Assembly: GCA_016188545.1 (NCBI GenBank)
Contig: JACPHO010000002.1
Span: forward strand, 64,013-128,012
Source: Candidatus Shapirobacteria bacterium
GTDB lineage: Bacteria > Patescibacteriota > Microgenomatia > UBA12405
Direction: 5' to 3'
DNA: 64,000 bases
Below are positions 19,580-28,928 of the stretch, in pieces. Each line of letters starts with the position of its first letter. Within the stretch, counting starts at the first letter, position 1. Both the position numbers and the translations under genes were made by a program. The notes under the pieces are model-generated. The model was not told the origin of the DNA. It searched no databases and was given only the letters and a program-made list of their open reading frames with translations.

Positions 19580-20299
19580 ATGGGTGTTGATCCACTAAAG
19601 ATTGCAATTAGAGGTAGTACTCAGGAGCATTTGCCGATTGAGGATATTATCGATGGAATGGTGTTACTTAAAGATGGTTCTTGCGTGAGCATTTTACAGA
19701 TTTCTTCGGTAAACTTTGACCTACTATCAGAGCGTGAACAAGGTGCTTTGATTTTTTCTTATGGGGGAATATTAAACTCTCTCAACTTCCCAGTTGAAAT
19801 TGTGATTTACTCAAACACGAAGGATGTAACTTTTTATCTTAATAACTTGAAGAAAGCAGAGGAAAAACAGACGAACATGCTTTTACGGGAACGGATTGTT
19901 CAGTACAGAAAATTTATTGAAGAAACTGTCAAGAAAAATGATGTTTTGTCAAAAGCTTTTTATGTGGTGGTGCCTTTTTCGATTTTGGAACTAGGAATCA
20001 AGAGTATGTCTTCGCAGATGATGGGGGGGATGCCAGTGTTTACAAAGAAAGAGGCAAAAGAACTACCTTTTGCGAAAAGTTATATCTTAGAAAAAGCTAA
20101 GGCAAGTTTGGAACCAAAGAAGAACCATTTGAGTCGCCTTTTTTCAAGACTTGGGCTGGAAATTAGAACACTATCAACTCGGGAATTGATTGAATTATTT
20201 TATAAAATCTATAATGAAGATACTGCAGCCGTACAGCGGGTTTCATCTTTGAACTACGACTCACCGATGATTACTACTAAAGAAAACCCAAAATCCTAA
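19580..20299 (+). CDS. Protein resembling the VirB4/TraC N-terminal domain
   Basis: PIEDIIDGMVLLKDGSCVSILQISSVNFDLLSEREQGALIFSYGGILNSLNFPVEIVIYS resembles the N-terminal domain of VirB4-family proteins. Sits immediately 5' of the VirB4 gene. Confidence 0.4.
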   Translation: MGVDPLKIAIRGSTQEHLPIEDIIDGMVLLKDGSCVSILQISSVNFDLLSEREQGALIFSYGGILNSLNFPVEIVIYSNTKDVTFYLNNLKKAEEKQTNMLLRERIVQYRKFIEETVKKNDVLSKAFYVVVPFSILELGIKSMSSQMMGGMPVFTKKEAKELPFAKSYILEKAKASLEPKKNHLSRLFSRLGLEIRTLSTRELIELFYKIYNEDTAAVQRVSSLNYDSPMITTKENPKS

Positions 20300-20354
20300 A
20301 TCCAAAAGCCATGCCTACCGGCAGGCAGGTAAAAAATAAAAAGCAAAAACAATA

Positions 20355-22973
20355 ATGGATATTTTTAACTTAATTAAAAAAAACAAAAAAACTCCGGCAG
20401 AAATGGCAGCAGCGGTGGTGGATGTTAAAACTGGATTGATTGATCAGGGTAAGACTAAAGAGAGACAATTTGTAGAAGGGTTGGTCTCAACTAAAGATAT
20501 TATTGCTCCTGGTGCTTTGGAGGTTGAAACTGATTTTATCAAGATCGGAACTAAATTCTATCGAACTCTTTTTACAGTAATAAACAGACGTTTTGTGGAA
20601 ATTAACTGGCTATCAACTTTAATCAATTTCGATGCATCCTTGACGGTAGCCATGTACATCTACCCATCAGATGGTAAGGAAATTTTGGATGATCTTCGAC
20701 GTAAAATCACAGAAATGGAGGCAGAACTAACAACTGATATCCAAAGAGGGAGGATTGTAAACCCAGCAACACAAGCCAAACTTGAGGATGCCCTGAATCT
20801 ACAAGCTGACTTGGTTAAAGGTGAGGAAAGATTTTTCCAAATGGGTTTGTATATTACGGTAAGTGCTGAAAGTAAAGAACAGATGGATAAGGTGACCAAG
20901 AACTTAGAGGCAGCTATGGGTGCTCTAATGGTATTGACCAAGAGAACAACATTTGATGCTGAGAATGCCTTTATTACTACCCTACCACTTGGTTCTGATC
21001 GACTTAACCTTACTCGGAACATGGATACAACCTCACTGGCGACAACATTTCCATTTGTTTCATCTGATCTTTCTGACGATAAAGGGATTATGTTTGGAAT
21101 TAATGAACATAATGGATCACTAGTTATTTTCGACCGATTCTCAATGCAAAACTACAACTCTGTAGTATTTGCAACAGCTGGAGCTGGAAAGTCTTACATG
21201 ATTAAATTGGAGGCTTTACGGTCGCTAATGATGGGAACAGATATTATTGTAATCGACCCGGAAAATGAGTACAAAGATTTGTGTGAGGCGGCTGGTGGAC
21301 AATACATTGCTTTTGGGTATGGTGAAGCATCGAAGATTAATCCTTTTGACTTGTCTCTAATTGTTGATGAAGGTGATAATGCACTGAATGCCAAGATTTT
21401 GGGGGTACATAAACTACTAAAAGTAATGCTTGGTGAACTGGATCCAATCGAAGAATCCATTCTTGACCGAGCGGTAGTTGACGCTTACAAAATGAAAGGA
21501 ATTACTCCAGATCCAGAGACACAGTCAAAAGAGCCGCCATTGGTCGAAGATTTGTATAAATCACTAATTGGAATGGAGGATAAACAGGCGCAGATGATAG
21601 CGGCTCGGCTGGAAAAATATATTAAAGGATCGTTTGCGGGGATTTTTAACCAAAAAACAACAGTTAATTTGAAAAGCGAGTTTGTGGTTTTTGGAATAAA
21701 AAACCTGGAAGATACTCTGCGACCGGTGGCCATGCATATTATTCTTGACTACATCTGGACAGTAGTTAAGAAAGAAATGAGAAGAAGAATCTTAGTTGTC
21801 GACGAGGCGTGGTACCTAATGCAATACCCCGATTCGGCAGCATTCTTACGAGGAATTGTTAAACGAGGAAGGAAATACTATCTTGGGGTAACTACAATCA
21901 CTCAGGATGTAGATGACTTTTTGGAAACAGCCTATGGACGCGAAATCGTAACTAACAGCGCCATTCAAATTCTTCTAAAACAACACAGTGCGGCAATTGA
22001 CCAAATTGGGGAGGTTTTTTACTTATCTGAGGGAGAAAAACAACTACTTTTGTCAGCGGACAAAGGAGAAGGTATTTTCTTTGCCGGCCAAAATCATGTG
22101 GCAATTAGAGTGGTGGCGTCGGAAGATGAACATAAACTAATTACATCTAACCCAGAAGAGGTAATGAAGATGAAACAACAACTGAAGTTGCAGAGAGCAA
22201 AAGAGGCTGAAGATAGGCGGGTGGAAAGAGAAGCAATGGGACCACTTGGGACTAGCGACATCATTAAACAAATGGGTAAAACAGAGGAACCCTTAGTAAA
22301 AACAACAGAACCAGAATTGGTACTAACTAAACCTCCTGAAACGCTGGAAAAAACGGTAGTTCAATCACCTATAATGGTAACTGAGGTGGTGGGAGATACT
22401 AAACCAGAAGAAGAGCTGCAAAAAAGAATTGCTGAAATGGAGGCAGTTGAAAAAGAAAAGGTGGAAGAACATAAGAAAAAAGTTGCGGCAGAGGCTGAAG
22501 TATTAGCAAAAGAAGAAGTCGAAAAAAAGAAGCTTCAAGGAACTTTGGGTGGTTTTGGAACTCTACCAAAATATCAGGATTTATTTGTTAATAAAAATAA
22601 ACTACCTCCATTACCACCATTGCCTCCCCTTCCAAAATTCCAACCATCTACTGCACCATCAGCAAGTTCGGGGCTAAATAGTGCACCAGCACCAGTAGCA
22701 CCAACAACGCTTCCAAAATCACCACAATTTGCGACCGAGGTAGTATCTAATACTGGCAAACCGACTTTTGTGAATTTACCGAAAGAAGAAGTAAAAGTAC
22801 CACAACCACCTCAATTGTCGAAGAAACCCCAACCAGTATTTGAAAATCAAACAATGCCACAGCCAGTAAGTACTCAACCGTCTACAGCAGCGACCATGCC
22901 AACTGATAAACCAAAAGATAACCAAAATAACGCTCCTGGAATGGACTATGACAAACTGTTTGGGAACGTGTAG
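20355..22973 (+). CDS. VirB4/TrbE/CagE-family T4SS ATPase with a ~250-aa Pro/Ala/Ser-rich C-terminal tail
   Basis: CagE_TrbE_VirB-type region (FYRTLFTVINRRFVEINWLSTLINFDASLTVAMYIYP). Walker A VVFATAGAGKSYMIK. Walker B ILVVDEAWYLM. Tail …KLPPLPPLPPLPKFQPSTAPSASS…. Confidence 0.85.
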   Translation: MDIFNLIKKNKKTPAEMAAAVVDVKTGLIDQGKTKERQFVEGLVSTKDIIAPGALEVETDFIKIGTKFYRTLFTVINRRFVEINWLSTLINFDASLTVAMYIYPSDGKEILDDLRRKITEMEAELTTDIQRGRIVNPATQAKLEDALNLQADLVKGEERFFQMGLYITVSAESKEQMDKVTKNLEAAMGALMVLTKRTTFDAENAFITTLPLGSDRLNLTRNMDTTSLATTFPFVSSDLSDDKGIMFGINEHNGSLVIFDRFSMQNYNSVVFATAGAGKSYMIKLEALRSLMMGTDIIVIDPENEYKDLCEAAGGQYIAFGYGEASKINPFDLSLIVDEGDNALNAKILGVHKLLKVMLGELDPIEESILDRAVVDAYKMKGITPDPETQSKEPPLVEDLYKSLIGMEDKQAQMIAARLEKYIKGSFAGIFNQKTTVNLKSEFVVFGIKNLEDTLRPVAMHIILDYIWTVVKKEMRRRILVVDEAWYLMQYPDSAAFLRGIVKRGRKYYLGVTTITQDVDDFLETAYGREIVTNSAIQILLKQHSAAIDQIGEVFYLSEGEKQLLLSADKGEGIFFAGQNHVAIRVVASEDEHKLITSNPEEVMKMKQQLKLQRAKEAEDRRVEREAMGPLGTSDIIKQMGKTEEPLVKTTEPELVLTKPPETLEKTVVQSPIMVTEVVGDTKPEEELQKRIAEMEAVEKEKVEEHKKKVAAEAEVLAKEEVEKKKLQGTLGGFGTLPKYQDLFVNKNKLPPLPPLPPLPKFQPSTAPSASSGLNSAPAPVAPTTLPKSPQFATEVVSNTGKPTFVNLPKEEVKVPQPPQLSKKPQPVFENQTMPQPVSTQPSTAATMPTDKPKDNQNNAPGMDYDKLFGNV

Positions 22974-22994
22974 GTGAACTGTATAATAAATTGA

Positions 22995-25900
22995 ATGAAG
23001 AAGTTTGAATTGTATGAAGAACTAGGGCGGCTATCCGGCAGAGGTGAAATACTGGAAATATCTAATGCGGCTTACAATACCTGCAGTAGGTTATTTTCTG
23101 ACTTGGGAATGGGTGGAAAGTTTGATCCGACAAACCCAGGAAGGATGTTGGATGCTTTATATGGATTTGAAACAACGACAGGTAATAACAATAAAGTCAC
23201 TCAAGCATTGGAAGTAATTGAAGCAGACTTGAATCCTGCTGTGGAAACAAGAAATGACAAGGTGGGTCCAATGTCACTTAGGTCAGATCAATTAAAAGTG
23301 CTGCTTGATAAAGTTGATGAGAAAAAACATAGGGATGACGTAGAAGCGATGGCAACTGAAGCAACAAGAGAAAGATTGCTAAGGAATGCAGACCGTAACA
23401 TAGTGGTGGCAACACTAATAAAAAAGTTTGAAATACAGGAAAAACTCCATTCGATGGGAAAAACGAAGGCAGAGGCAGATAGACTTTCCGACCTAATCCT
23501 GGAGACTGGGCAAGTAGTAACGACCATTGTTGAAGATGATGAGTTTTTAGGAAAGGAATCACTTAGGCTAGCCGAAGAAATTGTGGAGCTGTCAGAGAAA
23601 GCCAAAACAACGGTCGAGGCAGTAGAGCTAGCAAAATCACTACAAGCTGAAAACTCAATTATAGATGCCAATGAAATGTTGCAGTACTTAGTAGAGACGA
23701 ACAGAGCCAGCCGAGAACTAGAAATAAAAATTGATGAAATAGCTAGAGATGTGGTAGCTGATGTTGAAAGAGAAGGAGGTTCGCTTGGGGGTAGGAAAGA
23801 TGAAGTACTAAAACTAATTGAAGAGAGATATGAGAAGGTACTAGTACATCCTGAGTATAATATTAATGAAGCAAAATACGAAACGAGAATAGGTGAAAAC
23901 GGAAGGTATGAGCGGGTAGTTGTCGAAAGAGGACTGACTGAAGAAATAGTTGAAATACTGAAAGGCGGAGCCAGAGGAAATATTCCAGGTAGACAGGAAA
24001 AAATAATTGAAGCAGTGGTGGAAAATAAGCTGGGAGCATCAGCAACTCCACTAACTGACGTGACCAATGCATCAACCGGAAATGAAGCAAAAATGATGAT
24101 GGAGAAACTCACATCACATGGTTTTGGGGCGGCAGATTTGAAAGCATTAATGAGATTGAGGTCGGGAGCGACAGAGTCGGGAATTGAGGGGATTGAAAAT
24201 GGATTGACACAAGAACATGAAATAAAAATAAAGATGGTAGGAAAGGGAGTGCCAGCAACGAAAATTGCTGAGGTGGAAATGGGAACTGTGGTAACGTCGA
24301 TGTTAAATGGCGATGAACCAATACCAGAGTTAGTTCAGAGAATTGAAAATGACTACAAAGCGAAGTTAGTCGGCACAGAGCATGGTGAAAGGAGACGACT
24401 AAAAGATGGTGATGTGCGTGTTGTTTCAAGGGGGTCAATTCCGGAAATGGAAGCTGTAGTAAAGGTAGCTGATAGGCTAAAAGACAGACCGGATTTGCAG
24501 GGCAGAATGGAGCTAATTCGAAAAATTGAAAAGGCAAAGAATTTTATTGATAGATATTCAGGTGGAGCAATAAGCAAAGCAATGGGAAACTCATCAATCC
24601 AAATTGGGAGAATAATGAAGATTGAGGGACTACAGCAGTTTGGAATGCAACTGGCTAGTCGTTATGGCGGGGTTATGGGGGAGGCAATGGCCTCTCAAAT
24701 AGTGAATTTTGGTTTTGAAAAGGGCTTACAAAACATCTTAGTCCAATTGCTTAGAACTGGAACTGTAAAGGCAGTGGAAGTGGGAGCAACAGGTGCAACA
24801 GCGGCCGCGGGAACAGCCGCAACCGGAACAGCACTTGCGGCTGGAGGACCGCCGACATGGATAGTAGCAGCGGTTTTGGCGGCAATAGCAGTGGTAAAAA
24901 AGGCCTGGAGTGGAATGGAAAAGGGTTTGATAAAAATGTTGGAGTTTTTGGGATTTGACTCGTACAAAACCCGAGAGTTTTTGAAAAACGGGGTGGGAAA
25001 AATAGTAACCGTTGGGGGAATGGCCATTGGTGGGGCAACAACAGTGATAATTGGTATTGGAGGGATGTTGATGTCTATACCGACAGGGATAATAGGGACA
25101 GTTTTTGCGATTGTATTGGCAGTATTGATTGGATACAACCTGCTTCAAGTGGCAACAACCCAAGTATCAAGTTTGGTGGTGCCAAAATCAGATCCGATTG
25201 TGGGGGCATGTATCAAAAAAGAGGATTTAACAGATCCCCCAACCGGACCGTTGGCCAATTGTAATGTAAACGCACCAGCATCGAATTATGGAGGAATAAG
25301 TAAAGATGCGTTTGTAACCCTAGCAGAAAGTTGGTCGGCAGGTGGCGGAGTCAATGCGGCAAGATGTTTTAATGATGTGGTTTGTAAGGCTTTAAGTGCT
25401 GGCATTAATCCGACATATGCACTGTGGGCATGGCTACATGAATCAGGAGCTAGTAACTATTCACTCGGGAGTGATATTGAAGATTTTGGGATACATTACA
25501 TCCCAGAAAATAATAATTTTAATGCGCAATGGGAGGCATTTGCCAAACTTGATCCAGCCTCAGGCTGCTCAGGGATTTCAGATTATTGGTTGGCTTTTGC
25601 CACTAATTATCTGAATGGCTCAGACCATTGCGACCCTGATTATCAGAATCCAACTTCAGGACAAACAGGAAGACAATATTTAGCCGAACTGCAAAGTACT
25701 TGGGAATGGTTAAATGCTGGGCCAATGCCAACATCGATACATGTGCCAAAACAAGCTTGTGGTGGAGGATCTCCTGAGGGTGGGGTAGAAGAAACGGATC
25801 CGAATACAGGCGAGAACTTTGTCTGCTTTGGGGGAGCAAAACTAGGCCCAAGTACCCCTTTAAACGGAGCTAAGAGTGGTGGATCGGTGTACAATCCAAA

Positions 25901-26465
25901 CGCGACAGGGCTAGAGGGAGAGAAAATACCAGGTGAATGTACTGTGTCTGATAAAGTGGTGTTGACAAAGCAGTGTGGACAGGCCTGGTCAAATAAAGGG
26001 TTACCTGGAGGATCGGGGACAATCTGCACAGCCGGCTGTGGACCAACCTCAGTCTCAATGATGCTGAGACACTTTAATGGGAGCCTAACACCAGATTCGG
26101 TTATATTTTCACCAGGGTCGGCATACAACTCAATGAACAACGATGGATCTAGTTTGGGACAAGCAACGGCGGAAATAAATAAATATTTTCCAGGAGCGGC
26201 TAGTAGTTCACAACCATGTGATGCTAAAGCAATTGGTGGTTGGATCTGTGCTGGAAAGGTGGTAATGGTGCTAGCTGATTTTTATAACAGCAACAGCTTG
26301 ACAGTGGGAGGACATTTTGTGTTGGGAGTGGCGGTTCAGAATGGAAGCATTGTAACTGCTGATCCTTACTATGCTACCAAAACTCCGTTTGATGGAACTA
26401 AAAAATATGGGTATGCTAGAAATATTCGGAGTTGTATTACTATTGATGCGAGTAAAATTAAATAA
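22995..26465 (+). CDS. Large T4SS-associated membrane protein with C-terminal C39-like papain-fold domain (VirB1/PrgK-type hydrolase analog)
   Basis: N-terminal ~550-aa coiled-coil region. Gly/Ala-rich TM helices at about residues 590-710. C-terminal CTAGCGPTSVSMMLRHF (nucleophile Cys) and GGHFVLGVAVQNGSIVTADPYY (His/Asp) as in Peptidase_C39-like domains. Positioned right after VirB4. Confidence 0.55.
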   Translation: MKKFELYEELGRLSGRGEILEISNAAYNTCSRLFSDLGMGGKFDPTNPGRMLDALYGFETTTGNNNKVTQALEVIEADLNPAVETRNDKVGPMSLRSDQLKVLLDKVDEKKHRDDVEAMATEATRERLLRNADRNIVVATLIKKFEIQEKLHSMGKTKAEADRLSDLILETGQVVTTIVEDDEFLGKESLRLAEEIVELSEKAKTTVEAVELAKSLQAENSIIDANEMLQYLVETNRASRELEIKIDEIARDVVADVEREGGSLGGRKDEVLKLIEERYEKVLVHPEYNINEAKYETRIGENGRYERVVVERGLTEEIVEILKGGARGNIPGRQEKIIEAVVENKLGASATPLTDVTNASTGNEAKMMMEKLTSHGFGAADLKALMRLRSGATESGIEGIENGLTQEHEIKIKMVGKGVPATKIAEVEMGTVVTSMLNGDEPIPELVQRIENDYKAKLVGTEHGERRRLKDGDVRVVSRGSIPEMEAVVKVADRLKDRPDLQGRMELIRKIEKAKNFIDRYSGGAISKAMGNSSIQIGRIMKIEGLQQFGMQLASRYGGVMGEAMASQIVNFGFEKGLQNILVQLLRTGTVKAVEVGATGATAAAGTAATGTALAAGGPPTWIVAAVLAAIAVVKKAWSGMEKGLIKMLEFLGFDSYKTREFLKNGVGKIVTVGGMAIGGATTVIIGIGGMLMSIPTGIIGTVFAIVLAVLIGYNLLQVATTQVSSLVVPKSDPIVGACIKKEDLTDPPTGPLANCNVNAPASNYGGISKDAFVTLAESWSAGGGVNAARCFNDVVCKALSAGINPTYALWAWLHESGASNYSLGSDIEDFGIHYIPENNNFNAQWEAFAKLDPASGCSGISDYWLAFATNYLNGSDHCDPDYQNPTSGQTGRQYLAELQSTWEWLNAGPMPTSIHVPKQACGGGSPEGGVEETDPNTGENFVCFGGAKLGPSTPLNGAKSGGSVYNPNATGLEGEKIPGECTVSDKVVLTKQCGQAWSNKGLPGGSGTICTAGCGPTSVSMMLRHFNGSLTPDSVIFSPGSAYNSMNNDGSSLGQATAEINKYFPGAASSSQPCDAKAIGGWICAGKVVMVLADFYNSNSLTVGGHFVLGVAVQNGSIVTADPYYATKTPFDGTKKYGYARNIRSCITIDASKIK

Positions 26466-26468
26466 CCT

Positions 26469-26882
26469 ATGTGGAAAAATAAATTACTTTTGATAGCACT
26501 AGTACTGTTGGCAGTAGTAGCAGGACTAATTGCGTTGTTTGATAAACCCAGCGATGAGGAAGTAAAAAGTGTTCCGGCGGAAAAGGTGGTAATTCCAACC
26601 AGAATTAATGAGCCGTTTTTTAGTGATACCGGTGCTAAGGATGAACCGATGAGTGATGATGAGTACCGGGTGGGACAATTGATAAATAAATTTAGAAATG
26701 TCTGTCCAGTGAATAACGAATTTTTTGTAGTCGATTTTGATTATAAGATTGATAAATTTGTGGTGTATATAAAAGATTATTCGGAAAAAAACAGACTGGT
26801 ATTTCAAAAATATCTTGAAGATGCTGGGTATATTGAGATTCCTAGTTCATGGTTTGTTTATACTAATAATGTCTACAGGTAA
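26469..26882 (+). CDS. Small membrane-anchored protein
   Basis: N-terminal TM helix (LLLIALVLLAVVAGLIALF) and small soluble domain. In the T4SS module. Confidence 0.4.
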   Translation: MWKNKLLLIALVLLAVVAGLIALFDKPSDEEVKSVPAEKVVIPTRINEPFFSDTGAKDEPMSDDEYRVGQLINKFRNVCPVNNEFFVVDFDYKIDKFVVYIKDYSEKNRLVFQKYLEDAGYIEIPSSWFVYTNNVYR

Positions 26883-27258
26883 AGAAATATTGGCTAAAAA
26901 TCAAGTAGTGGTTTTCTTGGTAATTACGATTGTGTTGTTGGCAGGATTGAAGATAAAATATGGATACAGGGGAGAAGGTGAAAGTCAAAAGTCAAAAGTC
27001 AAAAGTCAAAACGAAGAAGTAAACATAACACCGACAATGACGATGGTGCCAACGACGGATCCGAAAAAGGATTTTCCGTTGAGAAACGAACTACCGTATT
27101 ACGGAAAAGGGTTTGTGGTGGAGAAATACACTTCACCATTGACTTTAAAAATGATTCTTAATGGCGCGACTGAGACATACGCTACCAAAGCGGTTACCGA
27201 CTGGATTAACTCATTTGGTGATGCGATAGGGCAACATAAAATAGAGATACAAAATTAA
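26815..27258 (+). CDS. Small membrane protein with an in-frame (AAAAGTC)n repeat
   Basis: Two TM helices. (AAAGTC/AAAAGT) repeats at 26975-27005 encode QKSKVKSQ. True start may be the internal Met at 26869, which would reduce overlap with the preceding gene. Confidence 0.4.
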   Translation: MKMLGILRFLVHGLFILIMSTGKEILAKNQVVVFLVITIVLLAGLKIKYGYRGEGESQKSKVKSQNEEVNITPTMTMVPTTDPKKDFPLRNELPYYGKGFVVEKYTSPLTLKMILNGATETYATKAVTDWINSFGDAIGQHKIEIQN

Positions 27259-27284
27259 AAATTCAAAAGTAAAAAGTAAAAAAT

Positions 27285-27584
27285 ATGAAAAAAATAATTT
27301 TAGGAATTGTTTTATCAACTTTAATTTTAAGTGGGTGTACAACAAAACAGAATACAGTTAAGACGGCTGAGGAGAAGTTGCAGGAAAGTGTGGTGACAAA
27401 AACAGGGACAATATCAACTAAAGTGGGAGATGAATATTTACTATCAACCAGAGATGGGATCGTAAATATTACCAGTAATAAAGTAAATCTTGATACTTAT
27501 ATGAAAAAACCAGTCAGAGTTACAGGGATGTTTTCTGGATCAACTCTTTACGTCGATAAAATCGAGAGTGCAATAACAAACTAG
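27285..27584 (+). CDS. Small lipoprotein
   Basis: Signal peptide with lipobox ILSGC-TT. Preceded by an (AAAAGT)n motif. Confidence 0.5.
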   Translation: MKKIILGIVLSTLILSGCTTKQNTVKTAEEKLQESVVTKTGTISTKVGDEYLLSTRDGIVNITSNKVNLDTYMKKPVRVTGMFSGSTLYVDKIESAITN

Positions 27585-27802
27585 AAACAGGAATATATCT
27601 AAACTACAGATATTCTTTTCTGAGCTCCATCCAGGTTTTGCCGAGGCGATTTTCGCCCAACTGATCCGCACCCCAACCCCAAACATTATCACGCCAGGAA
27701 TCTTCGATAATTTCCCACGATTTTTAGTTAGCTAAATTTTCTTCAAAAAAAATAGTGATCGGTTTGATTTAGTTCAACCCATTCAAACAGTTTAGTGTCA
27801 GA

Positions 27803-28159
27803 TTAAAGGATTTTTTTATATTCTTCTTGAACGTCAACATAAAATGCGGCTGTTTGAAGCATACTAATGCGCAAGTCAGCGTAACTAGCAGACTTTTTAG
27901 CATCAGGAGCTCCTGGATTTAACTTGCCTTTTTGCTGTTGTGCAGCAAATATTGCTGCATCAAGAGCGATACGACCGGCCTTACTTTCATTTCCAATCAC
28001 AATAAGCCCACCAAGATCTGGTTGTGGATTTTGGTGATTTGCTTCTATACTAACGATTTGATCGCTGATTTGTGCGTATTTCGGAGCGATAGCTTCACGA
28101 CTGGGACTGTTTTCGGGAATTTGAAAACCGGTTGGAAGATCAGGTACACTTGTTGGCAT
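27803..28159 (-). CDS. Hypothetical protein downstream of the transglutaminase-like gene (candidate partner or immunity protein)
   Basis: 118-aa ORF co-directional with and 77 nt after the transglutaminase-like gene. Region is GC-richer than its surroundings. Confidence 0.35.
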   Translation of the reverse strand: MPTSVPDLPTGFQIPENSPSREAIAPKYAQISDQIVSIEANHQNPQPDLGGLIVIGNESKAGRIALDAAIFAAQQQKGKLNPGAPDAKKSASYADLRISMLQTAAFYVDVQEEYKKIL

Positions 28160-28236
28160 TTTTGTTTTTTAATTATTAATTTATAAAATTAGTTTCGTTT
28201 TGGTTAGTAATTAATTATACAGTAATACTAGTTTTT

Positions 28237-28920
28237 TTAATGATCTTCTGGTCGATTATAATTCCGATTGAAGGTTTGGTTGGCTTCGGCTAATGTTCCG
28301 GCAAAACCATCGTTGGCAACATCAATAACATATATTGCACTCTTGGGGTTTGTATACCTTACCCACGCATGACCACCAAGTTCTTCGTCTAAATTTCTAT
28401 CGAGTGAAGCTTTTCCTCTCAAGAGTTGATCAGCGGTTAACCTTTGGGTAAGATATCCTGCTAATAGTGATTCATGGCGACAAACTCCGACATGGTTGTT
28501 AATGTAATAATCTAAACCAACCGGCTCTCCAGACGAAAAACCTTGATTGTAGACAGTTAGTTTTTTTTCGGAATAAGGTATATATTGCTCAACAATTTTA
28601 GCGATAGGTTTTAAGACCCTGTCTTTGAATGAAAATTTATTTTTATCAACCGGAGTATCTATTCTAGCTAAAAGATAACGATAAATATCGTGCAATATTG
28701 GCATTTTTCGATCATCAACATAGCACGCCTCTTCGTAGATATTTTTCCCGTCTGACATTACAAAAATACCACCGTTTATTGGGCCATCGCGATGAATGAG
28801 AGGCATGCCCTGATAGGTAGCTACTTCTGGTTGAGACTTATCAAAGAACAATTTTTTCTTGGGAGAAACAAATACTTTTGCATTTTCGGTATAGTTCCAA
28901 TTCTTAAGATCACCATTCAT
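28237..28920 (-). CDS. Transglutaminase-like / papain-fold cysteine enzyme
   Basis: Cys-His-Asp order: GVCRHESLLAGYL (Cys), GGHAWVRYTNP (His), IDVANDGF (Asp), as in transglutaminase-like cores. No signal peptide. Confidence 0.5.
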   Translation of the reverse strand: MNGDLKNWNYTENAKVFVSPKKKLFFDKSQPEVATYQGMPLIHRDGPINGGIFVMSDGKNIYEEACYVDDRKMPILHDIYRYLLARIDTPVDKNKFSFKDRVLKPIAKIVEQYIPYSEKKLTVYNQGFSSGEPVGLDYYINNHVGVCRHESLLAGYLTQRLTADQLLRGKASLDRNLDEELGGHAWVRYTNPKSAIYVIDVANDGFAGTLAEANQTFNRNYNRPEDH

Positions 28921-28928
28921 TTTAGAAT

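Noticed and set aside
23288-24112. 274-aa minus-strand ORF (and further ORFs 24109..24537, 24695..25163, 25643..26140) inside the 1156-aa hydrolase gene.
   Set aside because: Low-complexity S/T/L-rich or Cys/His-rich translations, fully antisense to a gene with clear motifs. Typical shadow ORFs.
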